A stretch of DNA of 59,746 nucleotides, filler included, from Basidiobolus meristosporus CBS 931.73 (Eukaryota; Fungi; Basidiobolomycota): assembly GCA_002104905.1 (NCBI GenBank). It is 3 parts of 3 records of this genome, joined end to end, with 100 filler letters (N's around TTAATTAATTAA, not from the genome) between each part and the next. Parts side by side here need not be neighbours in the genome. Positions count along the whole stretch, not along the records: positions 1 to 26,829 come from MCFE01000911.1; 2 more parts are not named here. One strand, 5' to 3'. Position 1 is the first letter of the stretch, and each line of letters begins with the position of its first letter. Below, one piece after another: positions 10,513 to 21,825 of this stretch. The position numbers and the translations under genes were made by a program. The notes beneath the pieces are model-generated. The model saw only the letters and a program-made list of their open reading frames with translations. It was not told the DNA's origin and did not search any database.

Positions 10513-12074
10513 TGTTGCAAAAATTTGTAATTCCACCTAAATAATCACCTAACTTAGTCACTTAGATCATTGAACTCAAATCCTAGAAAATACTGACCAA
10601 ATTCCTTGTTGGGATTCACTTGAAATATTTTCACCAAAATACCAGGCACCCAGAATATGAAATTCTCAAAGTTGTCCAAACAGCCCCAAACCTTGCACAT
10701 ATGCTCTTGGGACCTTTCTTAAACTATTTTACATGTTTGTTATGCCAAGACCATGTAAAAGTATAATACTACTTTATATTTAATAAATGATCAAGTTAAA
10801 ACCACATAATCTACTTGTTCTCCCAATCACTGCAAAATCTCCAAGACTCTACAACAGGTTATGAGCCCCAAGCTGTCACTCTCTGCAATATCTACTACTG
10901 CTACTACTGGAATTTTTCCCTCTACTGAAAATTTGGATGGATCTCACTACCAAGTGTGCAAGGTGTAGATGACAATGCTGCTACAAGAAAGAGGCCTTTT
11001 GGATATTGTCATGGGAGAAGAATGCCCCCTAAAAATACAGGAGAGGAAACCTTAAAGTACCAGAAAAAAGAACAAAGTGCCTTTAACTACATTTGCCTTA
11101 ATGTTAATGACAAATTGCCAATTCAATGCTCAAGAGCAAAAACAGCAAAGAATGCCTGGAAGCCATTAGGAGACACCAACCAGTCATGTTCAGCTGCCAA
11201 GAAAATGTATCTGAGACAAAAATTCTTTACTACAAAGATGCAGCCAGGAGTTGATATGAAAAATCTAATTAACAGAATTACCCTGCTGGCAGATGAAATA
11301 GAATCTCTGGGCATAGCAATTACTGATGAGGATGTGCTAGTTACCATCCTGAATAGCCTGAAAGACAAGCTTCAGGGTGTTGTATCCAAGAGAAAGTGTA
11401 ATAAAGCTCTTGAATGGTTTAACTGAACCAAAGGGACAATTGAGTGCAGAATCTTAGAATTGTCAGAGAGTGGTGGAAATATTAGCAGAAAGATTCTGAT
11501 CTAATATTGGTCTTGGATATAGCTGGGTTGGCTATAAAGGCAATGATATTTGTTTGCTAGGCAGGCTAGGCTTGGTGTTCTTTGGAGTGCTAGATATACT
11601 AGGCTTGGATAGAAACTGGAACGGAATTGTTGGATTCTTATTTTTGCTGAGACAGAATCTTAATTTTGTTGAGACACACACTAAACCAAAAGGTTCAGTA
11701 AACTTTATTTATACTTTTCTGATCAAGTTGAATTAGTAAGCGCCAAGGGACTGGATTGATTGAAATCAATTTGGGTGTTCATAGGTGCATAATATAAATG
11801 AAAATTACATCATCAATCAACTGATGTCTTGGCAACTGCACCATGGTTGGATAGATCTCAGATGACTAATCACCTGGGAAGGCTTGGCAGATAGGTTGAT
11901 AACGTAATGACCATTTGAAAGTAGATCAGGTGTGATTGCTAAAAATAGATTCTGAGGTGGGATAAAATAAACTGTAACTGGGATTTGTTATGTTTGGGTT
12001 AGGGAAAATCAGTTAGGGTACTAGATTTTCAAATGGAGTAAAATTGGCTAAGTTTTAAATGTTGATGCACAACA

Positions 12075-13409
12075 TCACTTCCTTCCGGAAGAGGAGTTTT
12101 TTGATACCTTCTGGGTTCCTCTGCGGCTCCAATACTGATCAATAATGGCAACATCATCAAAGTTGGTGTAAGGTTCCCAGGTGTTGTGTTTGGTATCATA
12201 GCCTTTCCACTTGACTAAATAAAGGCAATTTGGTTCTTCTCCATCATGGTCCACAATAGCTTCAACTTCATAGGATTCCAAAGTTACTGGGTCTTGGGAA
12301 ATAAGTTTGAGTGAAGAAGGTGGAAAGTTTTTGGGTAGCAGTGCTCCAGTGTTATCCTGAAGTACATAAGATCCTCCAGTAGTGCGTCTGATAACCTTGA
12401 ATGGTCCTTCATACTTGGGGTCAAGCTTAGATTGCCGGATTGGATCTAGTGTCATGACATATGACCCATCTGGGAAGCTGCTGTTCCTGTGTCTTGAGGC
12501 GTACGTTGAAGTCATCTTTTGCTGAGAGGCCTTACTTCTGGCACTGATAGCAGGGTAGACAATGTTGGTAAGGTACTCAAGCCGGTTCTTTAGCTTATCT
12601 GTATTCAAACTTGCTAACTCTGTATTCCGGTAGTCTCCAAAGTGGTTGGATCTTCTTCCAAACATCAAGGAAAATGGTGTTGATCCATGTAGAGCGGCAA
12701 TTTTGGTGTTGATAGCATATTGTACAGTTGGAATGTACTTGTCCCAATTCTTCTTGATACCTTTGATAGATTTCCTGATGATGTTCATTGAGGTCTGAAC
12801 ATGTCTTTCAGCCAGTCCATTAGCTTTGGGATGATATGGAGTGATCAGACGGTGATCAATGGCGCTATTCTGGCAAAGGGCTTTGATTACGTGATTCACA
12901 AATTCTGTTCCATTATCCAATTGAATGACCTTAGGGAATCCAAAAAGGCAGAAGAGCTTGAATAGTTCTTGTGCAATAGTGGCAGCATACTTGTCTGGGA
13001 TAGCTTTGAGGAAGACAAAACGTGTGCAGACATCCACAATTACAAAGAGGTAGTGATTACCATCATCACTAGTGGTGAAAGGTCCAGCTAGATCAATTGC
13101 AATATGATCCATAGGAAGGCTTGCATGGATGGGGCTCAAAGGGTGAAATCCATGGCGGCTGATATTGTAAAGTTGACATTCTCTGCAGGACTTGACAAAT
13201 TCTAAGCAGTCAACTTTGATATTTGGCCAGTGATATCCATCAGAGTGTAGCTTCTTCATAAGTGTGTCAGCTCCAAAGTGGCCAAGTAAATGACTCCTCT
13301 GTATCAATGTTTTCCTTTGTTCTTCAGGCGGGATTTTCCAAGTTGCTAAATCCAGTTGAGGAATTATTTTGGAAGTTGTAGAGAGTTTACTGATTACATC
13401 AGTAATCAC
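12075..13409 (-). CDS. chromovirus integrase plus chromodomain, -1 frame relative to upstream pol
   Basis: HLLGHFG..CRECQ zinc finger, IDLAGP, DNGTEF, YHPKANGLAER, YEGPF, and chromodomain YEVEAIVDH..YLVKWKGYDTKHNTWEP. Confidence 0.93.
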   Translation of the reverse strand: MITDVISKLSTTSKIIPQLDLATWKIPPEEQRKTLIQRSHLLGHFGADTLMKKLHSDGYHWPNIKVDCLEFVKSCRECQLYNISRHGFHPLSPIHASLPMDHIAIDLAGPFTTSDDGNHYLFVIVDVCTRFVFLKAIPDKYAATIAQELFKLFCLFGFPKVIQLDNGTEFVNHVIKALCQNSAIDHRLITPYHPKANGLAERHVQTSMNIIRKSIKGIKKNWDKYIPTVQYAINTKIAALHGSTPFSLMFGRRSNHFGDYRNTELASLNTDKLKNRLEYLTNIVYPAISARSKASQQKMTSTYASRHRNSSFPDGSYVMTLDPIRQSKLDPKYEGPFKVIRRTTGGSYVLQDNTGALLPKNFPPSSLKLISQDPVTLESYEVEAIVDHDGEEPNCLYLVKWKGYDTKHNTWEPYTNFDDVAIIDQYWSRRGTQKVSKNSSSGRK

Positions 13410-16400
13410 ATGTCCCTCCCAAGGTGAAGTTGGAAAAATCTTGACAGGTGGTCAGGAAGGATGTTGAGAATTCCTGGGCAATGAATAACTGTATATTCAT
13501 AATCAAGTAGAGTATCAAGCCAGTTGGTAAGCATTGGAGTCAGAGTCTTCTGAGTGTGGATATAGACAAGGGCTCGGTGGTCAGTGTACAAGGTAAAAGG
13601 ATTACCCCATAGATACTGATGAAACTTCTTCAAGGCAAAGACTATGGCAAGTAGCTCCTTCTTGGTAGCAGAGTAGTTTCTCTCAGCAAGTTGTAGGGAC
13701 CTGGCTTGGAAAGAGATCCAGTGAGGCGGATTTTGGTCTTCATCTTGATAGAGGACTGCCCCTAACCCAACATTAGATGCATCTGTAGCAACAACAAAGG
13801 GCTTAGTAAAGTCTGGGTAGGATAAGGTGGGTGCTTGTGGAAGCAGTTGGCAGAGTGACTCAAAGGCTTGGTCATGAGTCTTGTTCCAGGCTGAGGTGAG
13901 ATCAGGGCTATGGCGTAATGTATCTAAAGGGGCACTCAATGAGGACATGAGTGGTATGTGTTCCCTGAAATAGTTGAATACTCCAAGATAATGTTGAAGT
14001 TGCTTGGCACTAGTGGGTTTTGGCCATTCTGGGATATTGACCAGTTTGAAAGGATCTAACTGGTGGCCAGCTGGTGTGACTATAAATCCAAGTAGATTGA
14101 TTTTGAGGCGGGCAAAACTGCACTTTTCAGCATTGAGAATCAGTTCAGCAGTTGTCAGTCTGTTGATTACATCAGTGACATGGGTTGCATGATCATCACG
14201 GTTAGTGGAAAATATGATGACATCATCAACAAATACCAATGCGTATGGTGCATTCTTGAGTATTATACTCATGACTCTCTGGAACTTGCTGGTAAGTGTC
14301 TTTAGGCCAAAGGGAGCTCCCTGAAACATCCATTGCATATTATTCCAAGTAAAGGCAGTCTTATGCTGATGATCAGGATGGATCTGGAATCGGTGATATG
14401 CATCCTTCAAGTCCAGCTTAGAGAATACTTTTGCTCCTGATAGTGCGGAAAAGATATCTTGGATTCTTGGAATTGGAAACTTATCATCTTGGAGAAGCTT
14501 GTTCAGAGGTCTGGGGTCCAAACAGGGTCTCTTCAGGGTTAGGTTTCCATCAGCATCTTTCTTTGGTGCAAGCGTCAAAGGGCTGTTGAATGTTGTGTTG
14601 ACAGGGGCTTGAGTGATAATTCCATTGTCAGCCCATTTTTGGACTATCTCATCAACTAAGTGTTGACATGAATGCGGAATTGGGTATTGCCTCCTCCATG
14701 TTGACTCACCAGGTGGGGTCTCTAGTGTAACAATGGATTCTGGGATGGTGCAGAAGCTGTTCCTTGGAATGGCCTGATTTCTCTCTATGGCCGGCTGAAT
14801 ATCCAATTTGACTGATTGAGAATATTCTTGAAAAGTTGGGGTTAACTCTTCTTCTTCTGGTTGGGATGAGATAATCTCTGGGATTTGATCCATTATGAGC
14901 GGCTGAGATTTGGTGATTCCTGGATAGGAAACCGGTAGTCCACCTATGTGAAAGCCAAGTTTGGTGAAGGTGTCCAGACCAATGACTACCTGAGGTCCAT
15001 CTGGTATGTCAATCACTTCCATCTGATGGATTATGGTTACTGAGCCACAATGTATGTTGATTGGGTTGGTAATGCCAATTCTTGGGGCTGAGAGATCCTT
15101 AGCTGCAAGAATGATTTTTCCTGGTTGTTTTTCTATCTCCAAATTGAGTTCTCTGACTACATTGGGTGATACAATAGAGTTGGATGATCCAGTATCCAGT
15201 AGTGCTACGTATGATTGGCCATTGAGGGTGAGTGGCACTTCTATGGCTTTGAGCTGTGTGATTGGTTGCTTCTTTTCTTGAACAGTTGCAATTTTAGCCG
15301 GAAACTCAAAGAGGTTGTGATAATCTTGAACTGTAAGTTCTTCATATGCGTCTTCATACCCCATTGTATCATTGGCTGAATGATCATCAAGGATCTGGGT
15401 AATTTTGGCTGATGGTGTGGAGTTCTTCTCAGGACAGGCAGGTGATCTATGTCCCCTATTTCCACATTTAAAGCACTTGTCATCAGCATATGGATTATCA
15501 GTTTTGGTGTTTTGCTGCTTTTCTGCGGTGTTTCCTGACTTGTTTGACTGCTTGGTGATGCCTTTGCATTCACTGGTAGAATGATAGCATTTTCCATGAA
15601 GCTCACAGTGCTTAGTAGCGGTTGACTGCTTCTTGGTCACATGACTGGTCTCTTTTCCGGCTGTTGTGGGATATTGGGTTGAGCTGCCTGAAGTCTGGCT
15701 AACAGCTGCAGTCAAGGTGATTGCCAGTGTACATATCTCTGAGATCTGGTCATAGGTACGTGCAGGGTTGCATGCTTTGACAATAGCAATATTGCTCTGT
15801 AGCTGGTGTGAAAAGTTTGAAAGAAAATGAGCAGTAAGCGATGGATTATCATCACTAACTCCAGCTAATCTCATTTGTCTTTGGAATCTATCACAGAAGT
15901 GTTGCACAGATTCACCTTTTTGCATTTTAGTTTTCCATAAGTCGCAGTTCAGATGTGCTTTCTTGAGAGGATCTTCAAAATGGCTGCAAAAGAGGTTTTG
16001 GGCAATTTTCCACGTACTATTGGAAGGAATGTTCACTTCAACCCAGTCAGCATCTTGCATTGTGAGACAGAGAGGCAGAAGTCTAGCCCAGTTGTTGTCA
16101 GGGTCTAGCTGGTGTGCAGCTAAGACGTGACTAAACTTGTAAAGAAACTCAGTTGGATTCTTGATGGCATTGGTGCCTTCAGCATAAACAGGCAAGGATC
16201 TTGGGACAACCACCGGGGCAGGTCTAGAAGGAGATGTAGATCTGGAGGATTCAAAGGCATGACTTCTTGGTGGCTGATGCAGAGCAAGGCTTGGTGGATT
16301 TTCAATGCTGTCAATTACTATGGCAATATTCTCCAGTGCTTCCTTAATTATTCCAATTTCATCTTGGTAACCGGATATAACTTCAAGGAGTTCATCTCTA

Positions 16401-16558
16401 TGGTGATTATCAGATCTTGTTTTGGCAAGCTTTGAGTGCTCAAGCATCATGGTATTTCTTTCAAGCATGATGTTTTCAAGCTGTTCAGTAAGTTCTTCCT
16501 GATTTCTTCTGGCTTCTTCCAACATGGAAAGGTTTGGATTGCTTGCTGCTGAGGACAT
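13406..16558 (-). CDS. chromovirus Gag-PR-RT-RNaseH polyprotein (1050 aa)
   Basis: CFKCGNRGHRSPAC knuckle, LLDTGSS protease, RPCLDPRPLN, FVDDV RT core, VATDAS..TDHRAL RNase H, ILPDHLSR. Confidence 0.93.
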   Translation of the reverse strand: MSSAASNPNLSMLEEARRNQEELTEQLENIMLERNTMMLEHSKLAKTRSDNHHRDELLEVISGYQDEIGIIKEALENIAIVIDSIENPPSLALHQPPRSHAFESSRSTSPSRPAPVVVPRSLPVYAEGTNAIKNPTEFLYKFSHVLAAHQLDPDNNWARLLPLCLTMQDADWVEVNIPSNSTWKIAQNLFCSHFEDPLKKAHLNCDLWKTKMQKGESVQHFCDRFQRQMRLAGVSDDNPSLTAHFLSNFSHQLQSNIAIVKACNPARTYDQISEICTLAITLTAAVSQTSGSSTQYPTTAGKETSHVTKKQSTATKHCELHGKCYHSTSECKGITKQSNKSGNTAEKQQNTKTDNPYADDKCFKCGNRGHRSPACPEKNSTPSAKITQILDDHSANDTMGYEDAYEELTVQDYHNLFEFPAKIATVQEKKQPITQLKAIEVPLTLNGQSYVALLDTGSSNSIVSPNVVRELNLEIEKQPGKIILAAKDLSAPRIGITNPINIHCGSVTIIHQMEVIDIPDGPQVVIGLDTFTKLGFHIGGLPVSYPGITKSQPLIMDQIPEIISSQPEEEELTPTFQEYSQSVKLDIQPAIERNQAIPRNSFCTIPESIVTLETPPGESTWRRQYPIPHSCQHLVDEIVQKWADNGIITQAPVNTTFNSPLTLAPKKDADGNLTLKRPCLDPRPLNKLLQDDKFPIPRIQDIFSALSGAKVFSKLDLKDAYHRFQIHPDHQHKTAFTWNNMQWMFQGAPFGLKTLTSKFQRVMSIILKNAPYALVFVDDVIIFSTNRDDHATHVTDVINRLTTAELILNAEKCSFARLKINLLGFIVTPAGHQLDPFKLVNIPEWPKPTSAKQLQHYLGVFNYFREHIPLMSSLSAPLDTLRHSPDLTSAWNKTHDQAFESLCQLLPQAPTLSYPDFTKPFVVATDASNVGLGAVLYQDEDQNPPHWISFQARSLQLAERNYSATKKELLAIVFALKKFHQYLWGNPFTLYTDHRALVYIHTQKTLTPMLTNWLDTLLDYEYTVIHCPGILNILPDHLSRFFQLHLGRDM

Positions 16559-19500
16559 CTTCTAATTGGCCGAATGTAATGGAATTCAACAAAAAAAATG
16601 TTGTATCCAAGAGAAAGTGTAATAAAGCTCTTGAATGGTTTAACTGAACCAAAGGGACAATTAAGTGCAGAATCTTAGAATTGTCAGAGAGTGGCAGAAA
16701 TATTAGCAGAAAGATTCTGATCTAATATTGGTCTTGGATATAGCTGGGTTGGCTATAAAGGCAATGATATTTGTTTGCTAGGCAGGCTAGGCTTGGTGTT
16801 CTTTGGAGTGCTAGATATACTAGGCTTGGATAGAAACTGGAACGGAATTGTTGGATTCTTATTTTTGCTGAGACAGAATCTTAATTTTGTTGAGACACAC
16901 ACTAAACCAAAAGGTTCAGTAAACTTTATTTATACTTTTCTGATCAAGTTGAATTAGTAAGCGCCAAGGGACTGGATTGATTGAAATCAATTTGGGTGTT
17001 CATAGGTGCATAATATGAATGAAAATTACATCATCAATCAACTGATGTCTTGGCAACTGCACCATGGTTGGATAGATCTCAGATGACTAATCACCTGGGA
17101 AGGCTTGGCAGATAGGTTGATAACGTAATGACCATTTGAAAATAGATCAGGTGTGATTGCTAAAAATAGATTCTGAGGTGGGATAAAATAAACTGTAACT
17201 GGGATTTGTTATGTTTGGGTTAGGGAAAATCAGTTAGGGTACTAGATTTTCAAACGGAGTAAAATCGGCTAAGTTTTAAATCTTGATGCACAACACAGGG
17301 CCTTGTATCAGCCCTAGAGTCCAGAACTGAAGATTTGACCTTAAAATACATATATGGAAGGCTCCTGGATGAAGAATTAAGAAAATCAAGTGCCAATACA
17401 AAGGAAGAAGTAAATGCTTTAATAAGAAACAATAACCAACAAAGAAGGTACCCAGGACCCTACAAAGGCACCAGCAACCTGTTTTGCAACTACTGCAAAA
17501 GGAAAGGACACACATCAGACTGGTGTATCAAAAAATGAGATAATCAGCAAAAGAAGCTTGAATATGGAAATGCTGCAACAACTGAGGATAGACTAATCAT
17601 ATCTGCACTAATATGACCACAAGCAAAGATTCTCAGATGTGGTATATTGACTTGGGAGCATCTCAGCACTTTACCCACTAAAAGGAACTTTTTACCCAAT
17701 ATCAAGAAATTCAATTTAAGAAAGTTTTTATGGGTGAAAATAGAACACTTGATGCAGTGGGAGAAGGAACTATCCAAGTAAGCCTAAGAAGCAATGAAGG
17801 AAGCCATACACTGACCTTTAAGGAAGTATTCTATGTACCAGAAATAGCCAGGAAACTACTATCTGTAAGCAAGGCCACAGCAGAAGTACTCAGTTTCAGC
17901 TTTGACAATTCTGGATGCAGGATCACTGATCAGTATGGTGCCCATATTGCTTCAGGTATCAGAGATCAGAATCTATACAAGTTGACTTATATTCCATCAT
18001 ATCTGGAAGCCAATAGAAGTAACTTAAATGAAGAAACACCAATGATTTGGCACAGGAAATTTGGACACGTCAAATTTAAGTATTTGCGCAAAATGATCAA
18101 AGATCAGCTAATTTCTGGAGTAAAATAGATCCCCCAGCTAACTTGGAGCACTGTGAAGCCTGCATATATGGGAAACAAGTCAGATAAGCGTTCAAGTGCT
18201 CTGGGTTAATTAAAACTAACAAAAAATTAGATCTAATTCACTCAGATCTGTGTTGACCTATGCAAAATTTGTCCTTAGGTGGGATGGTGTATTTGATCAC
18301 ATTTATTGATGCTTATACAAGATACATGTGGGTTTACTTCATGGAGAGAAAGGAAAAAAGCTCTGTCTAAGCTCAGGGATTTCAAAGCCATGGTGGAGAG
18401 AGAAACTGGTGAAAAAATCAAGCAAATATGCTCTGACAATGGTGGTGAATATACCTCAAAACTCTTCATTCACTTTGGCAAAATTCATGGGATAGAGCAA
18501 GAGACAACCATACCATTCTCCTCACAGCAAAATGGAGAAGCAGAATGTGCTTACAGATCAATAGTTGATATGACAAGGTCTATGATCCATGATCAAGAAT
18601 TATTCTATAATTTTTGGGCAGAATCAGTTGCCACTGCTGTATACCTTAAAAATAGGAGTTATAACAGAATACTTTGTGATTCTACTCCACTTGAAGCATG
18701 GTATGGGTACAGACCAAGTGCAGAGCATCTAAAAATATTTTGGTGTACTGTATATGCCAAGAAACTGCCCAGAAATCAGTCAAAATATGAGCCAAAAATT
18801 GTAACATGCATATTTTTGGGCTACTGCAATGAGAGTAAGGCATACAGTCTCTACAATACCAAAGCAAAGAAGCTGATCAAGTCCAGGGATGTGTTGCTTG
18901 ATGAAAATTCAAAATTTTCACACAATATGACTTCAGATGATGACAAAAATTTGTTCTCAAGTACACCAATTGTCAGGATGGAATCAGAGCAAAGCAATGA
19001 AAATTTTTTCACTCCAGAGAGCTCCACAACCATGGTTCAGCCAGAATCGGTGTCTAGGAATATCCCGGAAGTGATCATTCCAGTATCAAATGCCAGGATA
19101 TCCAACCAGACAAGAAATAGCCCAAAGTACTATATCAATGAGGATACAAACTTAGCCTATGCCTATTCAGTCCATATTGATGAGCCCCATACTGTAAAAG
19201 AGGCCCTAAATATCCCTCAGACAATGCTTTGTAGATCTTCAATGACTGAGGAATATTAGGCCCTGATGGAAAATCAAACCTGGGACTTGGCCTAATTACC
19301 AAACAGCCAAAAATAAATTGGATGCAGATGGGTCTTCAAGAAAAAATACAAGGCTGATGGTACAATTAAAAGATAAAATGCAAGACTTGTGACCAAAGAA
19401 TACTCTCAAACAAAAGGACTTGACTATACTGATACCTAAACACTTCATCCACTTCTGCAAAATTCATGGGATAATGCAAAAGACTACTGTATCATACCCC

Positions 19501-20999
19501 CCACAGCAAAATGGAGTGGCAGAACATGCAAACTGATCAATAAATGGTATTGCAAGATCTTAATCCATGATCAAAAATTATCCTATGATTTTGGGCAGAA
19601 TCAGTTGCCCCAGCAGTATACCTTAAAAATGGGAGTGATAACCAAATACTTTGTGATTCTACTCCTTATGAAGCAGGGTATGGATACAGACTAAGTGTAG
19701 AGCATCTCAGAATTTATGGGTGTACAGCATATGCCAAGAAAATGCCTGGAAATCAATCAAAACTTGAGCCAAATACTGTTAAATACATGTTTTGGGCTAC
19801 TGCAATGAGAGTAAGGTATACAGACTTGATAATACCAAGGCAAAAAAGCTGATCAAGTCCAGGGATGTGTTGTCTGATGAAAACTCAAAATGCTGACATA
19901 AAATTACATCAAAGGATGGCAAAAATTTGATTGCAAGTCCACCAATAGTCAGGATTGAGTCAGAGCAAAACAATGAGAACTATGCCTATTCAGTCCATAT
20001 TGATGAGCCCCAGACTGTAAAAGAGGCCCTAAATAGCCCTCAGACAAATTTTTGGAGATCTGCAATGACTGAGGCATATCAGGCCCTAATGGAAAATCAA
20101 ACTTGGGACTTAGTCAAATTACCAATCAACCAATCATCAATTGGATGCAGATGGGTCTTCAAGGCAAAATACAAGGCTGATGGTGCAATTGAAAGATACA
20201 AAGCAAGACTTGTAGCCAAAGAATACTCTCAAACAAAAGGACTTGACTATACTGAGATCTTTGCACTGATAGCCAAGTTTAATTCCATCAGATTAATATT
20301 GGCTATTGCAGCCAAATATAAGTTTTTTATTCATCAAATGGATGTAAAAACTGCATTTTTGAATGGAGAACTTGATTAGGACATGTATATGGACCAGCCT
20401 GATAGGTTTGCTGACCAAGATAACCCCTATTTGGTCTGCAAGCTTAAAAATTCTCTATATGATCTCAAACAATCACCAAGAGCCTGGAATTGCAAGAGGG
20501 ATTTATATTTAGAATCTTTGAGTATCAAAAGGAGTAATGCTGACTATAGTATATACTATAAGCCAGATAGAGCAAATTCAGTTCTATTAGCTCTATATGT
20601 GGATGATCTTATTACAGCTCCCAATAACCTAAAAACATTAGAAGAGACTATATCCAGCCTATATAAAGAGTCAAGATGTCCAATTTAGGAGAACTCAGTT
20701 ACTACTTAGGGATAAAGTTTTCCATAGACAGAGGTACCCACACTATCACCCTAAGCCAATCCAAGTATATTCAAGATATACTAAAGAAGTACCAAATGGA
20801 AAACTGTAAACTGGCAGCTACCCCAATGAAGATAAACCTTGACTTGGTCAAAACTCAACAAAGAATGAGAAGTATATAGTTTACTTGCTCTTTGAATAAC
20901 TTTGCATATCATCAAGTCTCTAAGAACAACTTTATATCAAATCACCTAATGATATGCAGCAGATTATTGATGTCAGTACACTTATGTACTGACATCAAC

Positions 21000-21546
21000 T
21001 TAGATACTCAGAACCTAGCTTACAAACTTCAGTATTTCCAGCCCAAAGTCTTTGTCAGGATTGACTTCGTATATTTTCATCAAGATGACGAATGCCCGAA
21101 ATTGAAATTTCTTGCAATTGATCACAAAACCTTTCGAAGATATAAAATCTACGGAATTGTTAGTCTTACAATCAATTGGCTAGGCGGAAGCACACTAAGA
21201 AATTGAACAATATATACCTGGATACTCTGCGCGAGAACCTCAATATTCGAGTTTTTCATTGGTGGTTTACAGAATATAGCGCAACAACATGGTGATACGA
21301 ATGATTCGAGTATTTGGACCAAGAACACCACATCTAGTTGTTCAAGTGGTCATATAACACCAAACAGCCGAAACAGCCGAAACAGCCGACATTGTACTGC
21401 TCAGTTGTTACGTACAAGGCATTTGTTGAACCAAAGAGCACACCCACCGCACATCCACTGCAAATGGCAATAAACCAGTACATATAGAGCTGATTCGGTG
21501 GGCCGAAATTGGTGATGTCTACCGCTTTATTTGGTGAAGCAGGCAT
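21000..21546 (-). CDS. possible small spliced membrane-protein gene, divergent from ferroportin; exon structure unresolved
   Basis: ATG 21546 opens a hydrophobic stretch (YWFIAICSGCAVGVLFG). CpG-rich gene-like sequence with candidate splice signals (GTACGT; CTAAC..CGTAG near 21150-21170). Left end approximate. Confidence 0.35.
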
Positions 21547-21825
21547 GAATGGATGTTGATGGGATGTTGACGATCGTTATCCGTTGATTCGTCCGCTGGT
21601 CGGCCATGGTAAGTTCTACGGCTGGCCAATTCAAGCCAATCTATACCGGATTCATCGATATGGGTCACGCGATTAGCCAATAGCTCCTCTATCAACAATG
21701 CCAGTGAATCACCTTTTCTGTCAAGAGCCACTCTGCTACCAATATGCGGGCGCTGCTCGAGTATATATGTGTGCACCATCCACTGGTGCGCCACACAATC
21801 ATTGTTAGTTTGCGATTTACCTGAT

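Larger units (their letters stand above)
11378..17295 (-). mobile_element. chromovirus (Ty3/gypsy with chromodomain), full length 5918 bp
   Basis: 697-bp LTRs at 11378-12074 and 16599-17295 (TGTTG...CAACA, about 8 mismatches by eye), TSD CAGGG at 11373-11377 and 17296-17300, purine tract GGAAGGAAGTGA before the 3' LTR. Confidence 0.97.
10513..20878 (+). mobile_element. Ty1/copia element (copy C), degenerate, interrupted by the chromovirus, with an internal duplication, 3'-truncated in RT
   Basis: LTR 10513-10856, PBS GGTTATGAGCCC at 10857, and gag to 11377 resuming at 17296 after TSD CAGGG. Integrase core (CSDNGGEY, QQNGEAE, FWAESVATAVY) at 18306-19259; RT at 19927-20878. No RNase H or 3' LTR. 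End coordinate approximate. Confidence 0.93.

Noticed and set aside
9942-10856. Inverted LTR pair as a TIR transposon
   Set aside because: These are two back-to-back copia 5' LTRs, each followed by its own PBS and gag.
21362-21388. (AAACAGCCG)3 repeat, and the 28-bp doublet at 23881-23935
   Set aside because: Short slippage repeats with no sign of function.
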